Shown here in pieces: positions 1-9,137 of a stretch of DNA of 64,000 bases (position 1 is the first letter of the stretch; the number at the start of each line of letters is the position of its first letter). Source of the DNA: Candidatus Doudnabacteria bacterium (GTDB lineage Bacteria > Patescibacteriota > Doudnabacteria > UBA920); the NCBI GenBank assembly GCA_031291995.1, contig JARLHZ010000034.1, forward strand, positions 78,915 through 142,914, read 5' to 3'. The notes below the pieces were generated by a model that did no database searches, had not been told where the DNA came from, and worked only from the letters and a program-made list of their open reading frames with translations. The position numbers were made by a program, and so were the translations under genes.

Positions 1-602
1 GGGATTTTTACCGCTTCCGAAACTTTTTTCAAAAGCTCTAAATCATAACCTGATTTTGTGCCGTCCTTATCCATAGAGGTCAATAAAATTTCTCCCGCTC
101 CTCTTTTTTCAGCTTCTTTGGCCCAGTCGATTGCGTTTAATGAAGTTTCATCGCGGCCGCCCTTTAGAAATACTTTATATACGCCATCCTTCTTTTTTGC
201 GTCAATTGCTACCACCACGCATTGCCGGCCAAAAGCAAGCGCCGCTTCGGAAATAAATCCCGGATTGAGTACGGCCGTGGTATTAATGGAAATTTTGTCA
301 GCGCCTAATTGCAATAATTTGCGGATATCATAAACGGTCTTAATTCCGCCCCCGACGGTAAAAGGTATAAAGACCTCTTTGGCTACCTGGGCTACCATGT
401 CAAATAACGTCTGCCGTTTCTCATGCGACGCAGTAATGTCAAGAAAGACCAGCTCGTCAGCGCCTTCTTCAGAATATCTGCGGCCTAAGGCTACCGGGTC
501 GCCCGCATCCCGTAGGTTTACAAAAGATACGCCCTTAACCACCCTGCCGTCTTTAACGTCCAAACAGGGAATAATTCGTTTGGTTAAGTTTGATACAGGC
601 AT
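1..602 (-). CDS. hisF: Imidazole glycerol phosphate synthase cyclase subunit HisF, partial. It runs off the left edge and is in frame with the upstream hisA with no intervening stop.
   Basis: Manual minus-strand translation from 602 gives [62 protein letters not shown]..., the canonical HisF N-terminus. It is absent from the ORF track because there is no stop codon inside the window. Confidence 0.8.
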   Translation of the reverse strand, partial: MPVSNLTKRIIPCLDVKDGRVVKGVSFVNLRDAGDPVALGRRYSEEGADELVFLDITASHEKRQTLFDMVAQVAKEVFIPFTVGGGIKTVYDIRKLLQLGADKISINTTAVLNPGFISEAALAFGRQCVVVAIDAKKKDGVYKVFLKGGRDETSLNAIDWAKEAEKRGAGEILLTSMDKDGTKSGYDLELLKKVSEAVKI

Positions 603-1310
603 TTGAGAATTTAAAGCCTCGGCCAACGTTAGCCTGTTTTCATACAAAGTTTTGCCCAAAATGGCGCCAAAGGCACCCAATGTCTTTATTTTTTTCAGAG
701 ATTTTAAATCGGAAATTCCTCCGGACGCTATAACATTAAACCCTAAATTTACCAGTTCTTTTAAAACTATAAAATTTGGCTCGGTTAGGCTACCGTCTTT
801 TTCCACGTCCGTAAACAAGATTTCGGTTACCCCAAGGGTTTTGAGTTCTTTGGCAAAATCCAAATAATTTTTATCAACGGTTTCCTGCCACCCTTTTATC
901 GCAATTTTGCCTTTTTTAATTTCCAGCGCTACTACTATTCGCTTGCTGCCGAACTCTTTAATTAAAGATGATAATAGGCCAAAATCCGTTAATGCCTTGG
1001 TGCCCAAAACAGCACGCCGCACGCCGGAGTTTAAATATTTTTGCGCGGTATCTATATCGCGGATCCCTCCGCCGACTTCTATGGGAATTTTTATAGCCTT
1101 ACAAATTTTGGTAATCAGTTCCTGGTTGACCGGCATCCCTGTTTTAGCCGCATCTAAATCAATAATATGAAGCATGGTCGCCCCTTGCCGCTCAAAGTCC
1201 TGAGCCATGCCTAAAGGATCGGAAGAATAAATTTTTTTTGTGGAAAATTCTCCCTTAGTTAATCTTACGCATTCACCGTTCATTATGTCTATTGCTGGAA
1301 TAATTAACAT
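603..1310 (-). CDS. hisA: ProFAR isomerase HisA
   Basis: Manual translation from the ATG at 1310 gives [22 protein letters not shown]...[10 protein letters not shown]...GGGIRD...[20 protein letters not shown], a HisA TIM-barrel signature. The start overlaps the end of hisH by 7 nt. The frame continues without a stop (CAA at 603-605) into the hisF ATG. Confidence 0.8.
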
Positions 1311-1894
1311 AAATCGCAAAAGTTAGATAATAATTTCATTCCCCAAGTCCCTGATTTTTCCGGATGGAACTGAGTGGCATAGAAGTTATCTTTCTGCGCA
1401 ATGGCCGCAAAATCAACATCATAAGCGGTTTGGCCGATAACGTATTTTAAATCAGTCGCCAAATAATACGAGTGCACAAAGTAAAAGAAACTGCCTGTCG
1501 GAATTCCTGCCGTAAGCTTGGATTCTTTAATTAGCTCAACCTTATTCCAACCCATATGCGGGACTTTTAAGTCTGTTTGGAATCTTACTACCCGGCCGGG
1601 AATTATAGACAAACATTCGGTATTATCTTCTTCCGAAAATTCCGCCATCAACTGCATGCCTAGACATATCCCTAAAGTAGGAACTTTAAGTTTAGGTAAA
1701 ACTTTGGCAAAGCCGCTTTCTATTAGTTTTTCCATAGCGCTTCCCGCCGCGCCAACCCCGGGCAAAATAACCTTATCAAAAGCAGCCAAGCTTTCCGGTT
1801 TGTTTACAATCTCAAAAGACTTGCCAAGCGAAGTTAACGCGTTGGCCACGCTTTGTAAGTTACTCGCGCCGTAATCTATAATCGCGATTTTCAT
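1304..1894 (-). CDS. hisH: Imidazole glycerol phosphate synthase glutamine amidotransferase subunit HisH
   Basis: 196 aa. [16 protein letters not shown]...GVGA...LGICLGMQL...FHPEKS are class I glutamine amidotransferase motifs, and the gene sits in the his operon. Confidence 0.9.
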   Translation of the reverse strand: MKIAIIDYGASNLQSVANALTSLGKSFEIVNKPESLAAFDKVILPGVGAAGSAMEKLIESGFAKVLPKLKVPTLGICLGMQLMAEFSEEDNTECLSIIPGRVVRFQTDLKVPHMGWNKVELIKESKLTAGIPTGSFFYFVHSYYLATDLKYVIGQTAYDVDFAAIAQKDNFYATQFHPEKSGTWGMKLLSNFCDLC

Positions 1895-2953
1895 TTATAA
1901 TGACCCTTTCGTGGAAGGTAGTATATCCTTTTGCCGAAAATCCTTATCAACCGCCATACGCAAAGCCTTGGCAAAAGCTTTAAAGATTGCCTCTATTTTG
2001 TGGTGTTCGTTCCTGCTGTATTTAACATTAATGTGAATATTGGCCTTCATTGTTTCGGCGACTGAACGAAAAAAGTGTTCTACCATTTCCGTTGGCAGAT
2101 CTCCGACTTTCTCTCTTTTAAAATCACAATTAAATACTAAATACGGCCTACCGCCCAAGTCTATTGCAACCTCCACAAGCGTATCGTCCATTGGCAATAA
2201 GAATCCATAACGTTTTATGCCTTTTCTTTCGCCCAATGCCTGTAATAGAGTCTGCCCCAATGTCAGCCCCACGTCTTCTATTGTGTGGTGGTCATCTATC
2301 TGTAAGTCGCCCTTGGCTTTAATTGTTAAATCAATCAGCGAGTGTTTGGAAAGCTGTTCCAGCATGTGGTTGAAAAAATTGATTCCCGTATCAACGCTAA
2401 AATTCCCTTGTCCATCCAGATTGCACAAAATAAAAACTTCAGTTTCTTTTGTGCCGCGCTCCAAGCTTGCGATTCTTGGAAATATTGAATTGGTTTGCAT
2501 GCCAAAAAACCTCACTCCGATATTTTTGGCAAATCCCGCGTCACTTTCCCTGTCTCCGACCATAAAAGATTTTTCAAAATCTATAAGTTCCTTTTGCAAG
2601 AAACTTTTCAATAATCCGGCTTTCGGCTTCCTGCAATTGCATTTATCTTTAGCAAAATGAGGGCAGGTAAATATTCCGTAAAATTCTACCCCTTCCTTTT
2701 TTAGCAGTTTCAAAAAGGCATTTTGCACTATTTCAAAATCTTTTTTTGGAAAGGATGTTGTACCCAGGCCGTCCTGATTGGAAACCATAACCAGCTTATA
2801 ACCTTGATTTATCAGATTCTGTAAAACCAAAATTACCCCGGGCAAAATTTCAAGTTTGTCCAGGCTGTCTACCTGCTCGGTATCAGGCGGTTCAATAATT
2901 AGAGTGCCATCCCTGTCCAAAAAGGCAATTTTTAACTGTTGTCCGAAATTCAT
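1895..2953 (-). CDS. hisB: Bifunctional histidinol-phosphatase / imidazoleglycerol-phosphate dehydratase HisB
   Basis: 352 aa. The N-terminal HAD-like phosphatase domain carries FLDRDGTL. The C-terminal IGPD domain carries DDHHTIEDVGL...HH.EA.FKAFA. Confidence 0.9.
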   Translation of the reverse strand: MNFGQQLKIAFLDRDGTLIIEPPDTEQVDSLDKLEILPGVILVLQNLINQGYKLVMVSNQDGLGTTSFPKKDFEIVQNAFLKLLKKEGVEFYGIFTCPHFAKDKCNCRKPKAGLLKSFLQKELIDFEKSFMVGDRESDAGFAKNIGVRFFGMQTNSIFPRIASLERGTKETEVFILCNLDGQGNFSVDTGINFFNHMLEQLSKHSLIDLTIKAKGDLQIDDHHTIEDVGLTLGQTLLQALGERKGIKRYGFLLPMDDTLVEVAIDLGGRPYLVFNCDFKREKVGDLPTEMVEHFFRSVAETMKANIHINVKYSRNEHHKIEAIFKAFAKALRMAVDKDFRQKDILPSTKGSL

Positions 2954-3990
2954 ATAATTGATGATAAATTTTTAATTAATAATTGATTTTGCTCCGGTGT
3001 ACCAGTGGAAATCCTGATGCAGTTTTCAAGTTTGGGTTTGGAATTAAAATCTCTTACAATAATTCCAAAATCTTCAGCTAATTTTTTTGCTATTTGCGAT
3101 GCGTTAGGATAACGAACCAGTAAAAAATTGGCTTCGCTGGGAAAAACTTCAAACCCTAATTTAGTTAATTCCAAAGCCAGTTTTTCTCTTTCCCTGAGTA
3201 TTAAAGTTTTAAATTCCAACATCTTTGGGTATTGCTGCAAGGCCTGTATAGCTATCTTGCTGGAAACACGGTTTAAATTATACGGCGGCTTAATTTTGTT
3301 TAAATATTCAATAGCAGTCTCCTGCGCTAGGGCATAACCTACCCGAATACCTGCTAATCCCCAGGCTTTGGAAAAGGTTCTAAGTATAATCAAATTTTCC
3401 AAACTTGATATTTTGCCGATTAAAGACGGTTTTGAAGCAAACTCAACGTAAGCCTCATCAACCACTACAATGCCGCGGAAATTGCCGCAAATTTTTTCTA
3501 ATTCTTCCGGCTGAATTAAAGTTCCGGTAGGGTTGTTCGGGGAACAACAAAAAATAATCTTTGTCTTGCTGTTTATTTGGGAAAGCAGGTTTGGAACATC
3601 CACTTGGAAATCGGAAGTCAAAGAAATATTTTTTACTGCCACCCCGGCAACTTCGGCCGCAACTTTGTACATCCCGTATGTGGGTTCCATTATTATAATT
3701 TCTTCGTCTGGCTCTACAAAAAGACGAATAAGCAAATCTATGGCCTCGTCCGAACCGTTACCCACAAAAATGTTTTTTTCCGAAACATCTAAAAATTTTC
3801 CCAATGCTTTGCGCAAATCAAGGGAGTAGGGATCGGGATAACGGTTAAGTTCGTTGTCGATTGATTCGTTAATGACGCTACCTAGAGAGTTTTCGTTAGC
3901 ATCCATAAAGACGCCTTTTTGATAAAGACTGCGAGCCGAACTATAAGGCTTAAAGCCTCTCAAATTGGAACGTATTAAATCGGTAATCAT
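2950..3990 (-). CDS. hisC: Histidinol-phosphate aminotransferase HisC
   Basis: 346 aa class II aminotransferase. The motifs NPNNPTG and TFSKAWGLAGIRVGY (PLP lysine) are present, and it sits in the his operon. Confidence 0.9.
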   Translation of the reverse strand: MITDLIRSNLRGFKPYSSARSLYQKGVFMDANENSLGSVINESIDNELNRYPDPYSLDLRKALGKFLDVSEKNIFVGNGSDEAIDLLIRLFVEPDEEIIIMEPTYGMYKVAAEVAGVAVKNISLTSDFQVDVPNLLSQINSKTKIIFCCSPNNPTGTLIQPEELEKICGNFRGIVVVDEAYVEFASKPSLIGKISSLENLIILRTFSKAWGLAGIRVGYALAQETAIEYLNKIKPPYNLNRVSSKIAIQALQQYPKMLEFKTLILREREKLALELTKLGFEVFPSEANFLLVRYPNASQIAKKLAEDFGIIVRDFNSKPKLENCIRISTGTPEQNQLLIKNLSSII

Positions 3991-5282
3991 AAATTTTTCT
4001 TGAATCTTATACTTACGGCATTTTTGTGGGCATCAAGGCCTTCTTTTGCAGCCAGGACTTCAACCGTGGTTCTTAAATTTTTAATTCCTTCTTTGGTGAC
4101 TTGTTGAATTTGCATTTTCTTTCCAAAAGATTCTACGGAAAGCGCCGAGAACATTTTAGCATAACCGGAGGTAGGCAAGGTGTGATTACTGCCTGTGGCG
4201 TAATCTCCCAAAGGCTCGCTGGAATAATTTCCCAAAAATATCGAACCCGCGTTGTTTATTCTTTTCAGTATGGCATTCTCGTTCTTACAAACTATTTCCA
4301 AGTGCTCGGGAGCATAATCGTTAATTAAATCACAAGCTTCCGTTATGGTTTTTGTGATAATAATAAAGCTGTTTTTTAAAGACTGCCGCACAATCTGCAA
4401 CCGGGAAAGTTGCTCGGCCTGTTTTAAAACTTGATCGTAAACCTGTTTTGCCAAAGTTTCGGATAAAGTAACCAAAATCGCCTGAGAGTCTTCGCCGTGT
4501 TCTAACTGCGAAAGTAAATCCGCGGCAATCCAATCCGGGTCAGCGCTTTCGTCCGCTAAAACCAAAACTTCCGAAGGCCCGGCCGGCATATCTATGTCCA
4601 CCTCTCCATATACCATCATTTTTGCAGTGGTAACGTATTGATTCCCGGGACCAAAAATTTTTGATACTTTAGGTATGGACTCTGTACCGTAAGCCATGGC
4701 CGCAACAGCCTGTGCCCCGCCTACTTTAAAAATTTTTGATATACCGCACAAATCAGCTGCTATCAGCACCGCGCTTGGAACCTTTCCTTCTTTATTCGGA
4801 GGCACGCAAAGCACAATTTCCTTACAATCGGCTATTTTGGCGGGAATAGCTAACATTAAAACCGTGGAAGGATAAACAGCCTTTCCGCCGGGAATATAAA
4901 GGCCAACCTTTTCAATTGGGCGAAACTCCCGCCAGATTTGGACGCCTTTGGCGGTTGTGACTTTTTGTTCCTTAATTTGCACGTTGCTTTTGTGAAATTT
5001 TTCAATGTTAGTTTTAGCTACTTTTAGCGCCTTAACCAATTCCTTACTTTCTTGTTTATAAGCTGTAGCGATTTCTTGTTTAGAGACTGCCAGAACTTTT
5101 AAATCCGCCCCCTCAAATTTTTTGGTAAAAGCAAAAAGCGCTTTGTCCTTATTTTTTCGGACATCGCCAATTATTTTACTTACTACCGCCTCTACATTTG
5201 TTTTTTTGCTTTGCCTTTCCCGGATCATATTCAGTATGGTTTGAAAGGAATATTGCTTTGTAGATATAATTTTCATAAACAT
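3987..5282 (-). CDS. hisD: Histidinol dehydrogenase HisD
   Basis: 431 aa. It contains IPGG, PSEVLVLADE and GDYATGSNHTLPT, a HisD-type Zn/NAD signature. Confidence 0.9.
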   Translation of the reverse strand: MFMKIISTKQYSFQTILNMIRERQSKKTNVEAVVSKIIGDVRKNKDKALFAFTKKFEGADLKVLAVSKQEIATAYKQESKELVKALKVAKTNIEKFHKSNVQIKEQKVTTAKGVQIWREFRPIEKVGLYIPGGKAVYPSTVLMLAIPAKIADCKEIVLCVPPNKEGKVPSAVLIAADLCGISKIFKVGGAQAVAAMAYGTESIPKVSKIFGPGNQYVTTAKMMVYGEVDIDMPAGPSEVLVLADESADPDWIAADLLSQLEHGEDSQAILVTLSETLAKQVYDQVLKQAEQLSRLQIVRQSLKNSFIIITKTITEACDLINDYAPEHLEIVCKNENAILKRINNAGSIFLGNYSSEPLGDYATGSNHTLPTSGYAKMFSALSVESFGKKMQIQQVTKEGIKNLRTTVEVLAAKEGLDAHKNAVSIRFKKNL

Positions 5283-5902
5283 TAATTAATACCACACTTA
5301 AGTAAGAATTTTTCTTTAGCCTGCTTATTAATCGGACTTTCGATTAATACAGCTTGGGATTCTAAAATCGTGAATAACGGCACCAAATTATGCGCTTTTA
5401 AAGTAGTGCCGGTTTGTACTATATCGCAAATAGCATCTGCCAGATTCAAATCCGGCGTTATTTCCACGGAACCGGAAATGGGAATTATGGCCGCCTCAAG
5501 CTTTTCTTTTTTTAAATAATCGGTAAGCAGTTTCGGATAGGAAGTGGCGATCCTTTCTCCTTCCAAGTCCTTGGGGGTTTTTATAACGGAGTCTGCCGGA
5601 GCCGCTATCATCAGCCTGCATTTGCCAAAATCAAACTTTTTTAATATTTTCAGTTCAAATTCTTTTTCCGCGAGGACATTTTGTCCCACAATACCAAAAT
5701 CCGCCACGCCCCGGCTTACGTATTCCGGAATATCATCGTCCCTAAGATATAATACATCAAGGTCAAAATTTTGACAGGGCAGAATTAGCGAATGCCCGTT
5801 TGGAGCAAAAGTCAGCCCGCAAGAACCAAGGAAGTCCATACTGCCCTGATTCAGCCGGCCGCTTTTTTGAACGGCAATTCTTAGTCTTTCCGGAGTTTTC
5901 AT
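5282..5902 (-). CDS. hisG: ATP phosphoribosyltransferase, short form HisG
   Basis: 206 aa. The protein begins MKTPERLRIAVQKSGRL and contains DIVQTGTTLKAHNL. At about 200 aa it is the short HisG form, which normally pairs with HisZ. Confidence 0.9.
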   Translation of the reverse strand: MKTPERLRIAVQKSGRLNQGSMDFLGSCGLTFAPNGHSLILPCQNFDLDVLYLRDDDIPEYVSRGVADFGIVGQNVLAEKEFELKILKKFDFGKCRLMIAAPADSVIKTPKDLEGERIATSYPKLLTDYLKKEKLEAAIIPISGSVEITPDLNLADAICDIVQTGTTLKAHNLVPLFTILESQAVLIESPINKQAKEKFLLKCGIN

Positions 5903-7191
5903 AATGAGCTATATCCTTTAAAGTAATTAATAATCTGGTCCTGCGGTATAGTTTTTTGCTTGCCGGTCTTCATCATTTTAATGGTTACCTCGCCGCGCTC
6001 CTTTTCGTCCGATCCGCACATTACAACAAAGGGTATGTTTTTTTTGTCCGCGTATTTTAACTGCTTTGCTATTTTGGCCGGTTCAAAATAGATTTCCGCT
6101 TTTAACCCCGCCGTCTGTATGTCGCCCAAAATTTTAAGTGAATCCGGCAATGTGGCCGCGTCAAAATAAGCTACCAATGCCTGTGAATTTAAGCTTATTT
6201 CGTCAAGCAACTTAAGTTGTTCCATCGCTACAATAATACGGTCAAATCCAAAGGCAACGCCCACCCCGCTGAATTTTTCAGGGCAAAAAAGCGAGCACAG
6301 GTCGTCATACCTGCCTCCGGCGCAAACGGCTCCGATGTCAACTTCCGGTATATAAACTTCAAAAATAACGCCGGTATAATAATCCAGGCCTCGCGCCAGA
6401 CTGGGATCAAAAACCAAAGCCTCATCCGGAATTCCAAATCCCTTGGCAATTTTCAAAAACTCCTGAATTTCAGTAGTGTTATATTTTTGAAACAAGCTTA
6501 ATCTGTCGTTTGAGCTGCCTTCTACGCATACTAATTCCAATAATTTTGAGGCCTCGGAGTCAGAAGCTAAAGACTTAAGCTCCTGTTTGATTTCGGGAAG
6601 GCTTAACTTATCCATTTTATCCAATATCCTAATCATACCGGCTTGGTTTTCGGCCGGGATGTTTAGGTCTTTCAAAATACTGTTGATCAATCTGCGGCTG
6701 TTAAACTTAATTTTAAACTTGGAAAAGCCCAAGGCGGTAAAAACCTCGGCCATTACTTTAGCGATTTCGGCTTCAGCCACCAGGCTCTGCGTGCCGATAA
6801 TATCTATGTCGCACTGGTAAAATTCCCTATATCTGCCTTTTGCAGGTCTGTCAGCGCGCCAGACTCTTCCAATCTGGTACCGCTTAAAAGGCATCGGTAA
6901 AGTTTTGTAGTTGGCGGCCACCACTCTGGCAAAGGGGACGGTTTGATCATAACGCAGGCAAATATCTCTATCGCCATTATCCTTAAAACGGTAAACTAGC
7001 TTGGATCCTTCTTCGCCATACTTGCCTAATATTGTTTCCGCGTATTCAATTGCCGGTGTTTCAATGGCATCGTAACCGAACTTCGTAAATACAGTTTTAA
7101 TTTTTTCCAAAACATAATCCCTCTTTGCCATTTGTTCGGGCAAAAAGTCCCTTGTTCCCTGTAATATTTTTGGTTCAATAAATTGGTTCAT
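5899..7191 (-). CDS. hisS: Histidyl-tRNA synthetase-like protein. It is either full-length HisRS or a HisZ regulatory paralogue, and it heads the his operon.
   Basis: 430 aa. It has the class II aaRS motif 2 (RYQIGRVWRADRPAKGRYREFYQCDIDIIG) and motif 3 (GGRYDDL). It also has a C-terminal anticodon-binding-like domain, and the gene overlaps the hisG start. Confidence 0.75.
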   Translation of the reverse strand: MNQFIEPKILQGTRDFLPEQMAKRDYVLEKIKTVFTKFGYDAIETPAIEYAETILGKYGEEGSKLVYRFKDNGDRDICLRYDQTVPFARVVAANYKTLPMPFKRYQIGRVWRADRPAKGRYREFYQCDIDIIGTQSLVAEAEIAKVMAEVFTALGFSKFKIKFNSRRLINSILKDLNIPAENQAGMIRILDKMDKLSLPEIKQELKSLASDSEASKLLELVCVEGSSNDRLSLFQKYNTTEIQEFLKIAKGFGIPDEALVFDPSLARGLDYYTGVIFEVYIPEVDIGAVCAGGRYDDLCSLFCPEKFSGVGVAFGFDRIIVAMEQLKLLDEISLNSQALVAYFDAATLPDSLKILGDIQTAGLKAEIYFEPAKIAKQLKYADKKNIPFVVMCGSDEKERGEVTIKMMKTGKQKTIPQDQIINYFKGYSSL

Positions 7192-7246
7192 AAAAAAATG
7201 TTAATAAAAATCCACCCTAATAACTTGGGTGGGATGTTTTAAGGCT

Positions 7247-7546
7247 TTAATTCGTCTTAACACCGAGACGCTTAAGCACCAAACCATACCCACCCATGCC
7301 ATGATGCAGCCAATGGGCAACACGGGTAATAGTGGCGGTGCTGGAACCGGTTTGTTTACAAATATCCCTATAAGATTCCTGATTGGAAACTTTCTTGGCG
7401 ACCTGAAAACGTTCTGCCATAGCTTCAAGCTCGGCAATCGTGCATAAATCTCTGAAGAATTGTTTGCATTCTTTGGTGTTTTTGAGTTTAAGTATGCCCT
7501 GAAACAATTCTTCAAATTCTTTAGTATTTAACGACTTGTCTTCCAT
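7247..7546 (-). CDS. TrpR-related YerC/YecD family DNA-binding protein
   Basis: 99 aa with the motifs EEC.QFF.DLCT..E...A.R..VAK and TGSSTATITRV, which match the YerC/YecD family. The overlapping ORF 7201..7515 on the same strand is rejected. Confidence 0.8.
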   Translation of the reverse strand: MEDKSLNTKEFEELFQGILKLKNTKECKQFFRDLCTIAELEAMAERFQVAKKVSNQESYRDICKQTGSSTATITRVAHWLHHGMGGYGLVLKRLGVKTN

Positions 7547-7563
7547 AAATATAACTGTTTTAA

Positions 7564-7583
7564 CGTGTTAATACACTAACACG
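7564..7583. repeat. Inverted repeat CGTGTTA-N6-TAACACG immediately downstream of the recombinase gene
   Basis: A 7-bp perfect inverted repeat read directly from the sequence. Confidence 0.5.
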
Positions 7584-7619
7584 ATTATATTAGCAGGATG
7601 CTAAAAATTTGTCAATAGT

Positions 7620-8966
7620 TTATTCCACGTAGACTTTTTTGTCTTTTATAAACAATTTTGTTTTTAGACATGATAGCAGTTCACGTTTTTCGTCTCTGCT
7701 GCCGTCTTTAAGTATGTGCTTGGCGTAAGCCTTGGTGTCCACCTGCGGCAGTTCAATGGCCGGTATGCCCGGCTGTCCTAAGACGCTTTTTATTAATGTT
7801 TGATAGCGAAATAGTTCTTTGTAGACCCGATCTTTAATTCCCAGCTGGTCAATCTCCAGCTTGTCTATAATATCCATCAGCTGGCTTAAAATTTCATCCT
7901 CTCTAATATACAGCTGATTGCAGGTCCGGTCAGAACCGCCAGTACAGTGGTAGTAGATATATCTCCGTATAGTTCCGTCTTTTAGGTTCTTGAATTTTTC
8001 CTCGGCAGTTATGCCCGATCCGCAGGCTCCGCAGGTAAATATTTTTGTGAAGCTGAACTCTTTGGTGCCGGGTTTGGATTTCGGTGCCGTAAGGAGTTGA
8101 CTTTGTACTTTATCGAATAGCTCTTTATTTATGAGCGGCTCATGGGTTCCTTCGTACCAGTTTCCACTTTTAAAGGGATACTCAAACATGCCGTAGTAAA
8201 AATTATTTCTGAGCATGACATAGACGTTACTCAGTGCCACCCGTTTGCCGGTTCTGGTCGTAAATCCCGCATCAGTATTTAACCAGTTTAAAATGTCCCT
8301 GCCGCTGTCGCCGCTGTAGGCAACCCGCTCAAAAACTTCCTTTACTATAGGTGCCCGGATTGGGTCTATTACTATCTTACCTTTATTCCTATCGTGGCTT
8401 AGTTCGTTATAATAACCTAACGGGGCGAGCCCGGGTCTGATTCCAAGTTCGGCTTTGTTTTTTAGTCCGCGTTTAACGTTTATGCCTCGATTGTCATTTT
8501 CCAGTTTTGCCTGGCTGCATAAAATCATCAGTAGGAATTTTTCGTTTGGTGAATTGCTGAATCGCTGGCCGTGGGTGCGGATTTCTTTCAGCAAACCTTG
8601 GTCCATTAAATCCACCAGCACGCCCAGGTCCCCGGCGTTCCTGCTAAGCCGATCCGGCGACCATGTTAGTATCCCAGCGAACATTCCGGTTCTAACATCT
8701 TGCAGTAGCTGGTTGTACACCGGCCTGCACCCGGATGCTTTTGCCGAATGGCTTTCTTTGCGAACTTCGGATATCACCAGATGTTCGCGTTCCGCTATGA
8801 GCATCATTTCTTTAATCTGACTGTCGATGCTCAGTGCTTGCCTTTCGTCGTCCTCCGAGCTTTTCCTTGCGTATAGGCAGTAGCTTGCCGCAGTCCCCAC
8901 GTACAGTGGCGGCGCGGCTATCTGGCTGGCCAGCCCTACCGCCTGATTTGTCATTATTCCTTGCAT
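7620..8966 (-). CDS. Large serine recombinase (resolvase/integrase family)
   Basis: 448 aa. The N-terminal resolvase catalytic motif YARKSSEDDERQALSIDSQ is followed by a recombinase domain and a Cys-rich zinc ribbon (CGACGSG...YYHC). The true start is probably the internal MTNQ. Confidence 0.85.
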   Translation of the reverse strand: MQGIMTNQAVGLASQIAAPPLYVGTAASYCLYARKSSEDDERQALSIDSQIKEMMLIAEREHLVISEVRKESHSAKASGCRPVYNQLLQDVRTGMFAGILTWSPDRLSRNAGDLGVLVDLMDQGLLKEIRTHGQRFSNSPNEKFLLMILCSQAKLENDNRGINVKRGLKNKAELGIRPGLAPLGYYNELSHDRNKGKIVIDPIRAPIVKEVFERVAYSGDSGRDILNWLNTDAGFTTRTGKRVALSNVYVMLRNNFYYGMFEYPFKSGNWYEGTHEPLINKELFDKVQSQLLTAPKSKPGTKEFSFTKIFTCGACGSGITAEEKFKNLKDGTIRRYIYYHCTGGSDRTCNQLYIREDEILSQLMDIIDKLEIDQLGIKDRVYKELFRYQTLIKSVLGQPGIPAIELPQVDTKAYAKHILKDGSRDEKRELLSCLKTKLFIKDKKVYVE

Positions 8967-9137
8967 TTTGCTCCTTTCGTTTTAATGCTTTCCTACTACA
9001 AGGAATGACGCAAGGGCTATAGGAAGTCCAGGAAACAGAAGTAGATAACTTTCGCTCAAAAAGCCTCCAAAAACCTTCCGTATTCTCCGCACCGCTTACC
9101 AAAAGCTGAAAAAAATGCTAAAATTAAAGCACATTTT

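Noticed and set aside
58-1170. Four short plus-strand ORFs (91, 75, 71 and 87 aa) in the first 1.2 kb
   Set aside because: They lie antisense to the strongly supported hisA/hisF coding frame on the minus strand and have no motifs. They are shadow ORFs.
1518-3829. Plus-strand ORFs embedded in hisH, hisB and hisC (1518..1874, 2217..2660, 3128..3337, 3533..3829)
   Set aside because: They are antisense overlaps of well-supported his genes with low-complexity translations.
7201-7515. 104-aa ORF overlapping the YerC/YecD gene on the same strand
   Set aside because: It is an alternative frame of the same DNA. Only the 99-aa frame matches a known family.
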